64,000 nt of DNA from Takakia lepidozioides (taxonomy: Eukaryota > Plantae > Bryophyta), in assembly GCA_030704615.1 (NCBI GenBank), contig CM060733.1, positions 11,470,001 to 11,534,000 of the forward strand, written 5' to 3'. Numbering within the stretch: position 1 is the first letter of the stretch; every line of letters begins with the position of its first letter. Both the position numbers and the translations under genes were made by a program. This document shows positions 38,212-51,205 of the stretch, piece after piece. Below the pieces are notes generated by a model. It worked only from the letters and a program-made list of their open reading frames with translations. It was not told the DNA's origin and did not search any database.

Positions 38212-38795
38212 AGTGCCAGAAGAGGCATTGTAGACTCCTTCTCTTGATCCTCTTCCAGAAGCTGTGGTCATGGTTGAGGTGCCTGATTTTATCAACTGTG
38301 CCGCTGCAGCTGCTGCCTTTAGTTGACCATCTACCCATGCAGGTTTCTTGTAGATATTGATCCACAAGGAATCATAGGTAATCTTGTGCTTGGAAATCTG
38401 GCCCTCCTGGATGAATCTGTGCCAACACTCGACCCCTGCTCCTTCAGCTATCCATGCCTCTGCACAAATCATGCATACATCATTGCCTTGCTGCTAACAG
38501 CTGACAGCCTAGATTTGTTCTAGGAAACACCCAACTCAACTTATCACACTAGCTCCTGTGCTCAATTGCATCCGCTACTCTCTGGACCCACACTCTATCC
38601 CTGCTCCTTTAGCTATCCATGGCTCTGCACAAATCATGCATTCATCCTTGCCTTGCTGCTAGCATCTGACAATGACAACCTAGATTTGTTCTAGGAAACA
38701 CCCAACTCAGCTTATCACACTAGTTCCTATGCTGAATTGCGTCTGCTTGTAATCCAACAGGCATTCACCTTTTTGCCTCTGGATACTTTCCTGTT
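38212..38795 (-). pseudogene. Further remnant of the PPR N-terminus and upstream segment
   Basis: KITYDSLWINIYKKPAWVDGQLKAAAAAAQLIKSGTSTMTTASGRGSREGV is nearly identical to 14836-15120; the upstream block is duplicated in tandem. Confidence 0.8.
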
Positions 38796-38874
38796 CACAC
38801 ACCTGGGATGCTGCCCTAAGGGGCCCTTCTAATTGATTTCTCGATCAGCCCTCCATTAGCAGTCATGGAACTGG

Positions 38875-40298
38875 TCATCTTATGATAATACGGAGCATGC
38901 CGGCTGTTGTCTCAGTAAATTGCAGATGTTCTTCTTCTGTATGGCGCTGCACCGCAGTGGGTAACCTAGCGGGGGTGCGAGCCCCCTTTGTGTGGTGCCC
39001 TGTTCCCACACAAATAAACATCTGTTCCCGCTGGCGAGTGGTTCTTACCTTAGACCGCAAAGCTGCAATGTCACGCTTCAATCTAGGAATTGCCTCATTC
39101 ACATGCAGGCCATGTAAATCCAGTAGCGATTGACCTGGCGAGGTGCTATTTTGTACATATGCACTTGAATTTCTGCAGCAAAAATGACAACTTAAAGCTG
39201 TTCTGTATAGCATGACCTTCCACGACATTCTTGCTTTCCTCTCCACAGACAGATAATATCTTGTGAACTCAGATGCTCCAAACAGGTTCAAGTTGTCTGT
39301 AAGAAAACTCTACTAACCCATAACACAGTCATGTGCCACCAGCTCTTGGGATTTACATGATCTCTACACAAAAATGACGAAAACAAGAAAGTGTATCACA
39401 CTCAACTGCCTTTCCTACTGCGACAGTCACCTTACCTTTGCCAAAAGATAGCCTCTCCAGCCTTACTGTGGGCAGCCTTCATCTACTCATTATGCCACTG
39501 TCCCTTCGCACTTAACTCCTTGGCAAGTGCTTTGTTGCCTGTGAGATACACCTGTCTTGCCTGTACATTAAGATCCGATGTGTTTGTTTACAAAATATTT
39601 TGGTGGTTCACAGGGTCATAGTGAAAGTAAGGCCTTCAAGTGAAAAGATTGCTACAGGATCCCTTCAGGAGTCCTGGCCCTGCAGCAAGTCTTTGCACAC
39701 CACTATGGACCTCACTCTATTCATCCTATTAAGGGAATTGTGCCTGTACCCCTGTTTACCAACTTTGAAAGTCTCGAGGCTGAGCCAAAAGCCCAGGCCC
39801 TCCTGAGGCATAGTTTTTGGGCAAATCACACACAGCAGATTGATGCTTGTGTGAAGGGATTTCTAGAGGATATCTGGAAAACCCGGATTAATTCTTTATA
39901 TGGAGGTAAGTCTTACTACCAGCATCAGCCCCTGACAGAGGTAGGTTCTGTCCCTTTTGTTCCCGCTCAAACTGGGCGCGGGGTCAATGGCCACAAGGCT
40001 ACGGCAAACAACGTCTTATGAGTACAATCTATTCATCCTACATCATACTGTTCTTTGCAGATTCACCCTAGACAACAATCCACTTTTCCAGAGTCAACTA
40101 TAGTGGCAGGCTCCAACTTGACGAGAAAGACAGCAACCACAAACTTGCAATTTTAAACTTATTGGTGCTGATCATCAGTGAGAAGAGTCTGTCTACATAG
40201 CCAGCCAGACAGCCTCACTTGCTCAAAGTAGGCATTGCGTACAAGAGCATGGTCATGAGCTTCTTCTCGAATATCTGAGTACATGCTTGCTGCACCCA
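38875..40298 (-). pseudogene. CID7: 3' three exons of a CID7-like gene (PABP-interacting protein 7; DUF1771 + Smr domain)
   Basis: GT-AG exons 40298-40219 (SMYSDIREEAHDHALVRNAYFEQ), 39560-39436 (ARQVYLTGNKALAKELSAKGQWHNE*MKAAHSKAGEAIFWQR) and 39172-38875 (LDLHGLHVNEAI...ICVGTGHHTKGARTPARLP). Premature stop; 5' exons not recognised. Confidence 0.85.
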
Positions 40299-41117
40299 CT
40301 AGGAGTACAGAAACGTAGAAGACTACGAGTGTATATTACACCCACCATGAAGATTGGTAGCCTAGAAGTATGTTAATACAGCATGAAGTACATACATTAC
40401 ACAATACAGGAGTAAAGGCCCCAATTCACCAATGTGGTGGAGAACACAATGCAGCCGTAACTCAACGGCTTAGACCCAGAAACCACTTCACAATTCGTCA
40501 AGTTATTGGAACAAAACGAAAGTAATACATTTGTGTGGATCACGTTCAGATAGTGCAGTGATGGAATCATTTACCAATTCCCAGATTTCTCAAAATCATC
40601 ATCCGTATATGTGCAATCCCTAAGTCGAGACCAAAAAGTTGGCTCAATATGGCTGCTGGGCAACTGATTTCACAGCAGGCTCTAGGCATCTCGTCTGATT
40701 TTGCATGCGAGCCTTCCAAAGGAAACCGTGACAACGCACTTGAAATCAAAGGCCAGATTTTGATTTGAACCACATACACTTTGACCCTGCATAAATGAAG
40801 TCAACAAGGAGTTCCAAGTTCATATTCTGTATAAGAGTGAAGCCACTGCAAGGAAGCTTACCAACAGAATCCCCAGTCTCAAGTCAAGTTGATTGAGGCT
40901 GTTGATGCATCTCATGCCTATGAACGTGATAAGAGTCCAGCCTTTCTCCCATGAGCAACCCTTGCATCTCGGGAGAAGCCACCCGGCAGTATCATGATAC
41001 TTTCCTGCTGCCACATCGGCACATCAAAGTCACTCCAAACCACAGATCCACCCAACGTGCTAACTTACAGACTTCAATATGCAAATTCAGGGCTGAGTCT
41101 GATGAGAGGGCAAAATA

Positions 41118-41491
41118 GGCTGAAATAGATCGAAGAAGAAGGTGCCCTCACCACATTGTCCTCGACCTTGTGTCATGACCCATGGAGGAATTGATGACCA
41201 TGAACCCAAGAGGACCTCTTGTGTGTGTGCTGCTTGTGTCTGTAGTCAGGTAATGTCGGATCGGTCAGTGAGAACCACCACGGTGCTGCTGAGCGGGCAG
41301 AGATTGAAACACGGCCTACTAAGACCAAGCTGACTCTCCCAAGAACCTTGTAAACATCAGGAAGAATACCAAATCATGGTACTAACAAGAGCCAAGGGCC
41401 CACATTTGCAGGATGGACAAACTTCTTCACATCGTACATTAAGAAAAAGCCACACCTTGCGATTGCGGTTGTCCCACCATCGTGAAGGATC
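41118..41491 (-). repeat. ~360-bp PPR-associated module (copy 2)
   Basis: Aligns with 15387-15746. Confidence 0.88.
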
Positions 41492-44279
41492 TTTACAATA
41501 CTCATGCCAGCTCTGCTCCGTCAAATTCAGGGCCTAGTATGATGAGAGGGCAAAACGGGCTGAAGACAGGACCCCAGATTCTGGAGAGTGTCATGACAGA
41601 CCAGTTCGCAGATGGGAAATTCGATAGAAAAAACACTTTTCTTTCCCCCATTTACTTCATGTTTTTTTTTTGCACCACTTTAGACATTATATTCTTTGGA
41701 TCTGCTGGTTGGATTTAGACAGGGATTTTTGTGGTCATAGGTGGGGTAGTTGAGAGTATATTCCAACTGTCAGTTTTATAAGGCCTAGTAAATCCAAGAT
41801 GTAAATGTTTTAGAGGGCCAGGGTCCAGTTTTTGAGGTCTTGGCAAAAATTGGCCCTTGTCCTTTAGGGGTTAAGAAGCGTGGGGGATTTCCAAATCCTG
41901 TCCGGATCCCCCCTTTGACTTTGGTGCGGGACCCGCACCAACGCCAATAGTGCCGCGTCACCACGCACATGCCCAACGTCCGCCAGATAAAGGCATCTTC
42001 CTATTAACCAGCAGTCCGTAAGATATAGGGGTGACCACTTTAATCTTTTGAGTGAGGTTAATATAGCATGAGGGTTAGGGATGGTGCATTGGGGGTAATT
42101 TTTAGTGGCTAATCTTGAAGTTAAGGGGGCTGCTAAGGTCACCTCGATGCCGTCGTTTAGTGTCATAGGAAATCACTTAGGGCTGAAACGGCTTTGCGGG
42201 GTAACACGAGACACCTTGGCGAAGGAAAGAGGGAAGAAAGTCCACAGAATTTGAACCAAGGATCACTGGGTTCGGGTTCCGAACGAGAGAGACGACCGAG
42301 GGACTGACATGTGTCAAAGAGTTGATTTTTACGGATGGATGATGGTGGATGAAATAAGCAGTATTTCATCCGCAGGATGAATGTACAATTTGATGAAGAC
42401 AGGATGAGGAATGCAATTTTTCATCCGTTTGTAGGGATGAACAGTGGATGACTAGTGGATGGAAAAACAGTTTTTCATCCATTGTTTGAAAAGCCATTCC
42501 AGCGCTAGGGGGGGTTAAACCTAGGACCTAGAGGCTAGTGGGCTATGTATTAAGGGCCTAGGGAGTTGTTTGGACCTATAGGGCCAATTCCCTATGGTTT
42601 CTACATCATGAGAATGGTTTTTGGGCAATGAGAGGGGGTTAGTGAATTATCTAGAGGCCAAGCCATGGGTCATTGGAAATGCCTATTTTTCTAGAATTAG
42701 GGAATTTCCAGCCAGAGTAATAAATTTTGAAGGAGTTTTCTGCTTAGAAAATTACCAGAAAATAGGAATAGAGGTAATTAAATCTAGGATTTTTAATTCT
42801 ATTTCCTAATTAAAGGAGCAACATATGATTTCGTGACTCTCACTCTAATACATGTTGCCAGATCATCACATGGCGGATATGACTACCAGTCACGGACATG
42901 GCTATATTGGAATGACGTGTGCATATTGCTAGACGCACATATGACTTCATGACTCTCACTCTAATGCATGTTGCCAGATCATCACATGGATGAATCACTT
43001 CATGACTCCACCATGATCAAAACATGACTACTAGTTCAGCAAAGTGTTGAACTTAGTGTCTACAATAATGCAAGGAACCAATCAGCCCCTCATACTCTTC
43101 CACCCTCACCAAATCAGCCCCATCTACTCTACCATACCCTCCATCACAAAAACATCACTTCTCCTCCCCCAACCCCCACCCTTTCAATCAGCCCCAACTC
43201 CTCTACCACACCCACATCAAAGATGAAACTAAATTTTCTCATTAGGCATCCAATCAGCCCTACCACACCCGCGACTCGGGTGGGAATTGAACCCACTTGA
43301 ACTGCTCATCGTAGCCGAGCCCCCCACCCCTCTACCCTAACTAATGTTAGTGTAGAGGTATTAGACTTGACAAAATGAATGTCGCGGCTCCTTGTGAAGA
43401 TGTCAGCCCTACATATCTTCCTGCCATGATCACCCCACCACCTTGTCAGCCCCTACTATGCATCACCATCCCAAAATAAAGTGTCATAGAGCCTCCTACT
43501 CATCAAAAAAACCTCAAGACCTATCAAAATGGAAATATTTGCACAAACATATGCAAATTTCAATACTAAAAAAAATTCAGCCATGACATATGCTATTTCC
43601 TATGGCACATGGAAATTCCAGCCACCCAAAAAGCCCTCTAATGTCAGTAATGTAGCAAATTAGACCCCCTACATCTCCCAATTATGTTGTATACTCATTA
43701 GTGTGGCAGTCCCATCAAAATTCCAGCCCCTCTAAGTCAAGTATTAGTACAAATTAGCCCCCCTACATCTCCCAACTATGCCTTATCAATATATGAAGCG
43801 AGACGTTTGTTTTGTTTTGTTTGTTTTGTTTTGTAGATTTGAGATGTCCCAAACCGCGAGGCCCCCAGCCCTGGTGCTAGGTACAGTTGGAAAGCCCTCG
43901 ATGAGGAGGGGTGCACAGACTTGGTCTCATGATTTTTGGACCTGCAGTATGGGAAATGTGGAATTCCAAGTACTTTTGGTCGCTGGAAATTCGCAAAAAA
44001 TGGCAAAGTGGGCATTCATGGGACAATGGTTGGAGCCTCGAGAGGAGAGATATCAAGGGAAAGGTCTCCGGTTCAAATCTGGTCGTAGGCTTTGTGGAAA
44101 TAAAATGCATTTGGACTTAGATGACATTGGACCCTTGGGCCAATGGTAGAGGCTACCCTAGAGGTCGCACTTGGGCCTCGACATAGGAGACGCACTTGCA
44201 TACATAGGAGATTACGCTTGGGCTTAGATGACACTTGATCCCAAAAACTTCAAGGCAACTCAAGATGAATGTACGTGAA

Positions 44280-47200
44280 AAGCAGGAAATGAAGAAAGAT
44301 GGAGGCAGATGTCAGGGATTTAAATGAGGATAAAACCTTCAAGGTGGCAAGGCTCAACCTGAGAGCCAAGGCTGATGAATGGTACCGTAAACAAAACCCT
44401 AGACCAGACAACTAGGAGGATTTCAGGGCAGCCATATCAGCCAAGTTTGGTGTCATTGACTTGGTAGAAATTAGGCTGAGGATGGATACCATCAAACAGG
44501 AAAGTAGACAAAGGGTTCAGACATACTTTGATAGGTTGAACCGGCTGTTTATAAGAAGTGGGACGTCTGATTTGGAGCAGAGGCGTAGATTTACAGCGGA
44601 TTTGAGACTAGAAATAGCAAGAGTAATGTTGGGCAGGCGCTTCTCTGATGTAGAGGAAGCACTTGAAATAGCCATTGAGATTGAGAAGGGCCTGGGAAAA
44701 TTGGGGGAAATACCTCTAGAGCCCTTGGAAGGAGATGATACAGATGAGTCAGTTGTGTTTGTCAACCCTGTGGACAGAAGACTTGATCAGCTGAACACTA
44801 CCCTACAGAAGTACTTCGATAGGGGACCAGTCATAGGAGAAAGCTCGGGATCTAGGACACCACCTCGTGTTCGCCTTTGTAACACTTGTCATAAAGAGGG
44901 TCACATAGCTGCATATTGTCCTGAAGGAAGAACACAAGCTAAGTGTGACAAATGTCACCGGTTGCATTCCACGGAAATGTGTGGTATGAGATGCAACTTT
45001 TACAAGGTGCTAGGGCATACTGAGAATGAGTGCAGTAGAAAACTGGACCAGACTATGATGGGAGCTCATGGAACTAACTTTGTAGACGTGTTCTATGATG
45101 ATGAGGATGATGTACTCGCATAAATGACAGATATGATGTCACAAACAGTATTAATGAGGTCAGGGTTCCAAGGAACCGCATCCCTGTCCAGAGTCCTATT
45201 GTTGAACCTGCAGAGTTACCAGAGAGGAGTGGTGAGAGCAGTGAACAGCCAAGCAAGACCAAGTGAGATTTACCCAAAGAACAATTTCAAGGCTGCCGTA
45301 GAAGGAGGTACCAAATCCCGAATCCTGAATCATTTCTACAAGGAGTGAATATCCTTATCTCCCATGGACCTGATCATGACTGTGCCTGGAGAGTTAGACA
45401 AACTGAAGGATCTGGTCAAGGTGGTAGAAAGGGCAATGGTACAACAAAAGGAGGCAACACACAGTGTGGCAACTGTGAGGGATATTCCAAGGCCGTTGTA
45501 CTCAGCAAACGTTGAACCCACAATCTCGTATGCTTATACTGGTAAGGTCAAAGCACTTCATGTAATGATTACAATAGGAGATTACCAAGTCTTAGGCCAG
45601 ATTGACACCGGTGCCATGCTTTCTGTAATATCCGCAAGTATAGTTAGGGATCTTGGTTTGATGGGATCTGTTGTTACTGATAAGGATGTAAATTACAGAG
45701 TAGTTTCAGGTGCTTTTGAGACTGCAATGGGCAGACTTGAGGACCTCAAGGTCAAGGTAGGAGAGCTGACCAATCGCTTGTCCTTCATGGTGGTGAACAC
45801 GGATACGTATCACATGCTTCTGGGCTTAGACTTTCTCAAAAAGTTTGGCTCTGTAGTTGACACCGAAGCTGAAACGATTCGTGTACGCTATGGGCCAGGA
45901 AAGGATTTTGCGCACTTTCCCTTGCACACAATAGATTATAATGAGCTTGCAGTCACCAAAACAGCCTACCAGAGAGGGGTTGAAGGCAAGTGTTAGAGGG
46001 CTGCTTGGGACTTTAACGCTTTTACAGGTTCTGTGGGGTACCTTTAATTTTTACATAGACTGAGACCAACAGGAGCCTTAGGGGTGACAACAGCAGGCTT
46101 TAGGGGGGGTTTACACAGCCCGAAATAGCCCAACACAGCCGACACAGCCCAGCCGACACAGCCCGTCACAGCCCGATACAGCCCGACACAGCCGACATAG
46201 CCAGTCACAGCCGCCACAGCTTCGCACAGCCCATCACAGCCAGTCACAGCCCGACACAGCCTTACACAGCCAGTCACAGCTCGGCACAGCTTGACACAGC
46301 CTGTCACAGTACATAGGGAACAGTTATCATTGGCAGGGAACGACTGTGAGGGATGACGGTTAATTAGTTAGGTGGTTAGAACAGCTTGGAGGCAGATAAG
46401 GAGAGCGGCAACGGAAAGAAGGACACTTCACGGGGAGCGCTTCTTGGTCATGGAGGAGAGGAGATCAAGGGGAGAGCAGGAACGAGAGCAGGAAGTAGGA
46501 GAAAAGATGAACAGTAGATGTTTATTTCATGCAGAGCTGTAGGGCGGATTAGAGTCACCTTGACATTGGCTTGATACCTGATAAATCGTAATCTGATACT
46601 TATACGATACAAACACACTGTGTAGAGATACATGAGTGAAGCTGTGAAATGAATGCATGATTAATCGGAATTAAGTAGATACTGAAGCAATCTGATGCTT
46701 CAGTATCAGATAAGGTGAATTGATAACATGAAGGCACGAAGGAATACAATTGGGAAGCACAACCATGATTCACTAGCTGTAGGTCATGACTGATTGTACT
46801 GAGCGGGCTGAGTGCTTAGAAATATACAACTCTTCTATCTTGGAGTTTCCACCTCGGATAGCGAAGGGATGGGTGAATAAAAGCCGCTCGGCAGTAGGGT
46901 AAGGTATGCAAGTCCTACGTCAGTTGGGAATGTCTTAACCCTGACCTCAGATGAACAGTATAACCTAGGCTTATGGGAAGAAGAAAGAGAGCCCGAGGAA
47001 GAGTTTATGGACACAGAGGAAGAATTTCCAGACTCTGACATCTCTGAATCTGATAAGGATGAGGAGATGGGAGGATCTGATCAAAGTGAAGGGGTAGATG
47101 CAGCCCTAAGAGATTTTGAAGGGATAATAGATAATGTCAACCTAGGGGAGGATCTGTTCGAAGACCAAGGGATGTCTGAACTACTTCAGGAAGAAACTCA

Positions 47201-48355
47201 TCGTAGCATGGCTGCCTCTATCATACAAGAAGCTTACCAGAAAGCTTGGAATGGTGAACTAGGGAACAACAACATGGGAATAGAGGATGATTTCCATGAT
47301 TGGAGTAGCAAGACATAGGCAAAACATCAGTGATTACAAAGAAAGGATTGTATGAATGGCTGGTCATGCCATTTGGGCTAAGAAATGCCACTGCCACTTT
47401 TCAGAGGGCAATGAACAGGGTGCTTAAGGAAGAGATTAAAGATTGTGCCAAGGTCTTCGTAGATGACGTCAACATCCATAGCAAGGACTGGGCAGATCAC
47501 ATGGGGCACATAAAGAGAGTGTTGAAGAAGCATAGAAGGGCCAATCTTAGGCTCAATCCGGACAAGTGTTACTTTGCCAACTTGCAGTTGGTGTTCCTTG
47601 GACATGTGGTCTCTGAAGAAGGAACTTGGCCTGATCCAGATAAGATAGCTGCAATTGAAAGGTTTCCCTTGCCCAAGAACTACACTACTGTCAAAAGTTA
47701 TTTGGGGATGACAGGGTACTATAGGCCCTATGTCAAGGGATATGCTGGAGTGGCAGTGCCTTTGTTTACTCTAATTAAGAAGGATGTGAAGTTTAGCTGG
47801 AGTGCAGAGGCACAAAACGCCTTTTCTGCTCTACAGGTGAAGTTGGTGACTGCACCTATTCTGGCCAGGCCAGATTACTCAAGACCTTTCATCTTGGATG
47901 TTGACTGGTCCATTAAAGGGGTGGGGGCAGTGTTATCACAAAAGGAGTATAAAAAAGAGAGGGTAATTGCATATGCTAGTAAAGTGCTATCTGATGCTCA
48001 GCGTAAGTATCACCCTATGGAGGGTGAATGCTATGCCTTGGTGTGGGGAGTATTACACTTTAGGCAGTACATGTATGGAACTCCTTTTGTAATCAGAACT
48101 GATCACAAACCACTGGAGTGGTTGGCAACGGTAAGTGACGCCTATGGACGCAGGGGTAGATGGATCATGATGTTACATGATTTTGAGTTTAAGATTGTTC
48201 ATAGGGCGGGTGCTAGGCATGCTAATGTAGATGCACTAAGCAGGTATCCAGTGGGACCAGCGGAGGAAACCGAGGAACTTGAGGTATACTCTACTTCCCT
48301 ATGCAGTCAAAAAGGGAGGGGAGAAAGAGGGATGGAGCCTATCTTCTTAAACTAG
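44280..48355 (+). mobile_element. Decayed Ty3/gypsy internal region (gag, zinc knuckles, protease, partial RT, RNase H; no integrase seen)
   Basis: gag IKQESRQRVQTYFDRLNRL; CNTCHKEGHIAAYC; protease IDTGA...MLLGLDFL; RT VMPFGLRNA, FVDD; RNase H DVDWS, TDHKPLEWL, NVDALSR. The RT N-terminus is deleted. Confidence 0.92.
46113..46310. repeat. 9-10-bp minisatellite (CACAGCCCGA-like) in a ~1-kb non-coding stretch between protease and RT
   Basis: About 20 consecutive variants of acacagcc(c)g / tcacagcc. Confidence 0.88.
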
Positions 48356-51205
48356 AGTGGGACAAGGGTGCCATCAATGCTTCTCTATTTCAATATGAAG
48401 CGGGTAAGGAAGAGTTGAGAGAAGAGGCTCATAGGCAAGTAGGGTATAGTAGTGAGAGAGGAGAAATGATTAGCCTGCTGACATCAGGCTCACGCCACGT
48501 CAGCAGGACTGTGGGCTCACGCCACCTCAGCAGCCGTGAGCGTACGCTCACGCCACGTCACCAATGTGTGAGCGTACGCTCACGCCGTTGCGTCGTTGTG
48601 ACATCGGGTCCTAAGTACATCAAGAAATCACCACGTTCAGGGTAGTCTATGCAATACCAAGGCAGGTGCATTTGAGGCGTTTCCACTAACGCTCATATCT
48701 TCAACACTAAAACACAGTAGCTCCAATTCCGCATCCTCTGAGCTAAAGTAACCCTCGTCATCCTCACGGATGAGCATTCTTTCATGTAAGAAACCAAGCG
48801 CCAATCGCACTAGTAAACACAATACTTAGCATACAGAGCTGATGAGACAGAGACCTCGCAAATCTTTCGCCAAGACAAACGGCAGAGGCCGTATAATGAG
48901 ACACTGAAAAGCAAAGAGCACACTGTAGTGTGAAAAGAAGGGGGGCATAAATCCCCTTCTGTGTAATTCTAACTGTACTTCTTCCAGTAAAAAGAACAAC
49001 CTAGCAATCTACCAACGGCACACGGCTATGGATTTCCTTCCTATTGTTCATGATCAGAGTTCATAAATCCTCATCCACGCCGCAGCGGAAGAGAAAACAT
49101 GGATGGGGATTGAATCCTTCTTGTTCATGATTTGCACAATTTTTAAGCGCACCCAGAAAGACATCATACATTACTCTATGGTGCTAAAATCTTTCACATC
49201 CGCCTCAGCAACCCGTCATAAATTCAACAACTCGATAGGCCCTAATTTCCACGATTAGCAGCACGGATCACCACACCGCCAGTCCTTTCCGCCCCTTCCT
49301 TCATCACTACTACTATTTACATGCCTAAACTATAATAAAAACCAGGTAGAAACATGTTACCCGCATCTGATCGTCATAAACAGGTTGGTATCGCTCGGCC
49401 GTCATGCCCGCCAGTACTCCATCGTTGCCATAGCCCTTTGCAACACCACACACTTAGGTTATCGTGCTCCCCTTTCCTTCCTTATCTCCTACTGGTTGCA
49501 ACCCGATTTACCAGGCTGCCATTGCCTTCTGTCCTCATCTCCTTCATCACTACCTCTAATCAGAGGCCTATAGCAAGATAAACAAAAGACACAGAGAACG
49601 CGTTCTATCTTGTCATAAACAGATTGCTTTGCTCTGCATATTCACCTGCCTACAAACCCTATCTTACAGGTGATCCGATTCATTACCCACTGTGCTCCTC
49701 CTTTAATGTCATCTTTATCAAGTAAGAATCATAAAGCCATGCGGCACCGCTTCCCTTCACTTGCACTTGCACAACACACCACGTGGTCTCCCCCGTAGCT
49801 TGATCTTTCTGAAACAGATCATCATAAAGAAAGAGGTAGCACCGCCTGCAGCTGCACACCCTACCAAACATCGCCCCTTAACTGACCGCTGCACTGCATG
49901 TCACGACGTTCTCACCGTAAGGTAATTTCCCAAAAATCGATCATTACCAAGAAGATGGCGGTACCATTAACACAGAGCTGAATCTGCTCTTTGTGTTCCT
50001 GCCTACTCTCCCTGCTCATTCCATTGCCCGCAACAGAATCCACTAAGTATCTTCCTGCCTACGCTCCCTGCTACACACACTCTTGCTCGTTCTTTTGCTC
50101 ATAGCACCCCGTAGGGCATTCCCCGCCATCGTGCACAGATGAATTTCATTCATCTCTCGGATGAAAAACACACCTGGCCATACGTTCATCCTCATGGATG
50201 ATAAATCATGGATGGATAAAAATCGCAGGGAATTGGGCTATATCCTGGTCAAGCGTTCCAACGTTCCCATGATGTTCCTAGGATATGGATGAACTTCATT
50301 CATCCGGTGGATGAAAAATCCATTGTTTCATAGCTTACCTACTTCCATCCAGGTGAAAATCCTTTTCTCAACTCTTGAAATAACCTGGCAAGTATGGAAG
50401 TACTCCGCCATCGTTGGGATGATAGATCAGGGAGAAAATCTTTCCATTCAATGGATGAAATAAACTCACAGGGATAGCTCAACTTCCTTCCCAGTGGTAT
50501 CATAGCCCCTGTCTTGTAGAAATGCAGAATCTAAACAAGTAACAACAAAAATTTCAATGTCACTCCCCTGCATTCACACTACATATGCAGTGTGTCTTTT
50601 TTTTTAAGTGTCAGGGTCCTCACTGACCACCTTCACCGGCTGAACACCTACTGTTGGTATGAAAGGTTTCAAATCACGCCTACTTCTTACCCATTCCTTG
50701 TTTGCTCCATCTCTCAGCCTGCATCTACGTGCAACTTCCCCTGTCTTTGTGGTGTTTCTTGCATCCTTGTACCCCAAAACGTCATAGGGTCCTTCCCATG
50801 GGGATGTCATAGAACAGCGTAGCTACGGCATGAGCCCAGCCCCGTGAGCCTGGGAGCTGAGCTCACGTTGTAGCTGCAAAGCGTGAGCGACACAAATATG
50901 CTGGAGAAGCAGGTCCTGTAGGCGAGGATTGCAGGAAGAGGGCCTATTACCGTGGACAAAACAAAGGGGGCCACCATGCACCATGTCTGCAATGCCTGCA
51001 CAAAAAGAGGAATATGAAAATATGGCAGATTTGAGCTCAGAATGATTGACACACTTTATTTCAATTCACAGATAGACGCTTACAATGAATGGCATGTGCA
51101 TTTGCCCTGGTTCCGCGAATGAAATGTATGTGTTTGTCATAAATGCAAAGTCTTTAAACGGTAACGTGGAAACCAGCATGGGAAGCGGGCATGGCTCGTA
51201 TGTGT

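Noticed and set aside
43778-44015. Possible Helitron 5' end or small inserted repeat (tcaatatatgaagc...(gtttt)n)
   Set aside because: It looks repeat-like, but boundaries and class cannot be supported from this window alone.
44015-44095. tRNA-like A/B-box motifs (ggttcaaatc; similar B-box-like strings reversed at ~10330, 35575 and 43285)
   Set aside because: I could not fold a cloverleaf or identify an anticodon; at most these are degenerate SINE-like or TE-internal motifs.
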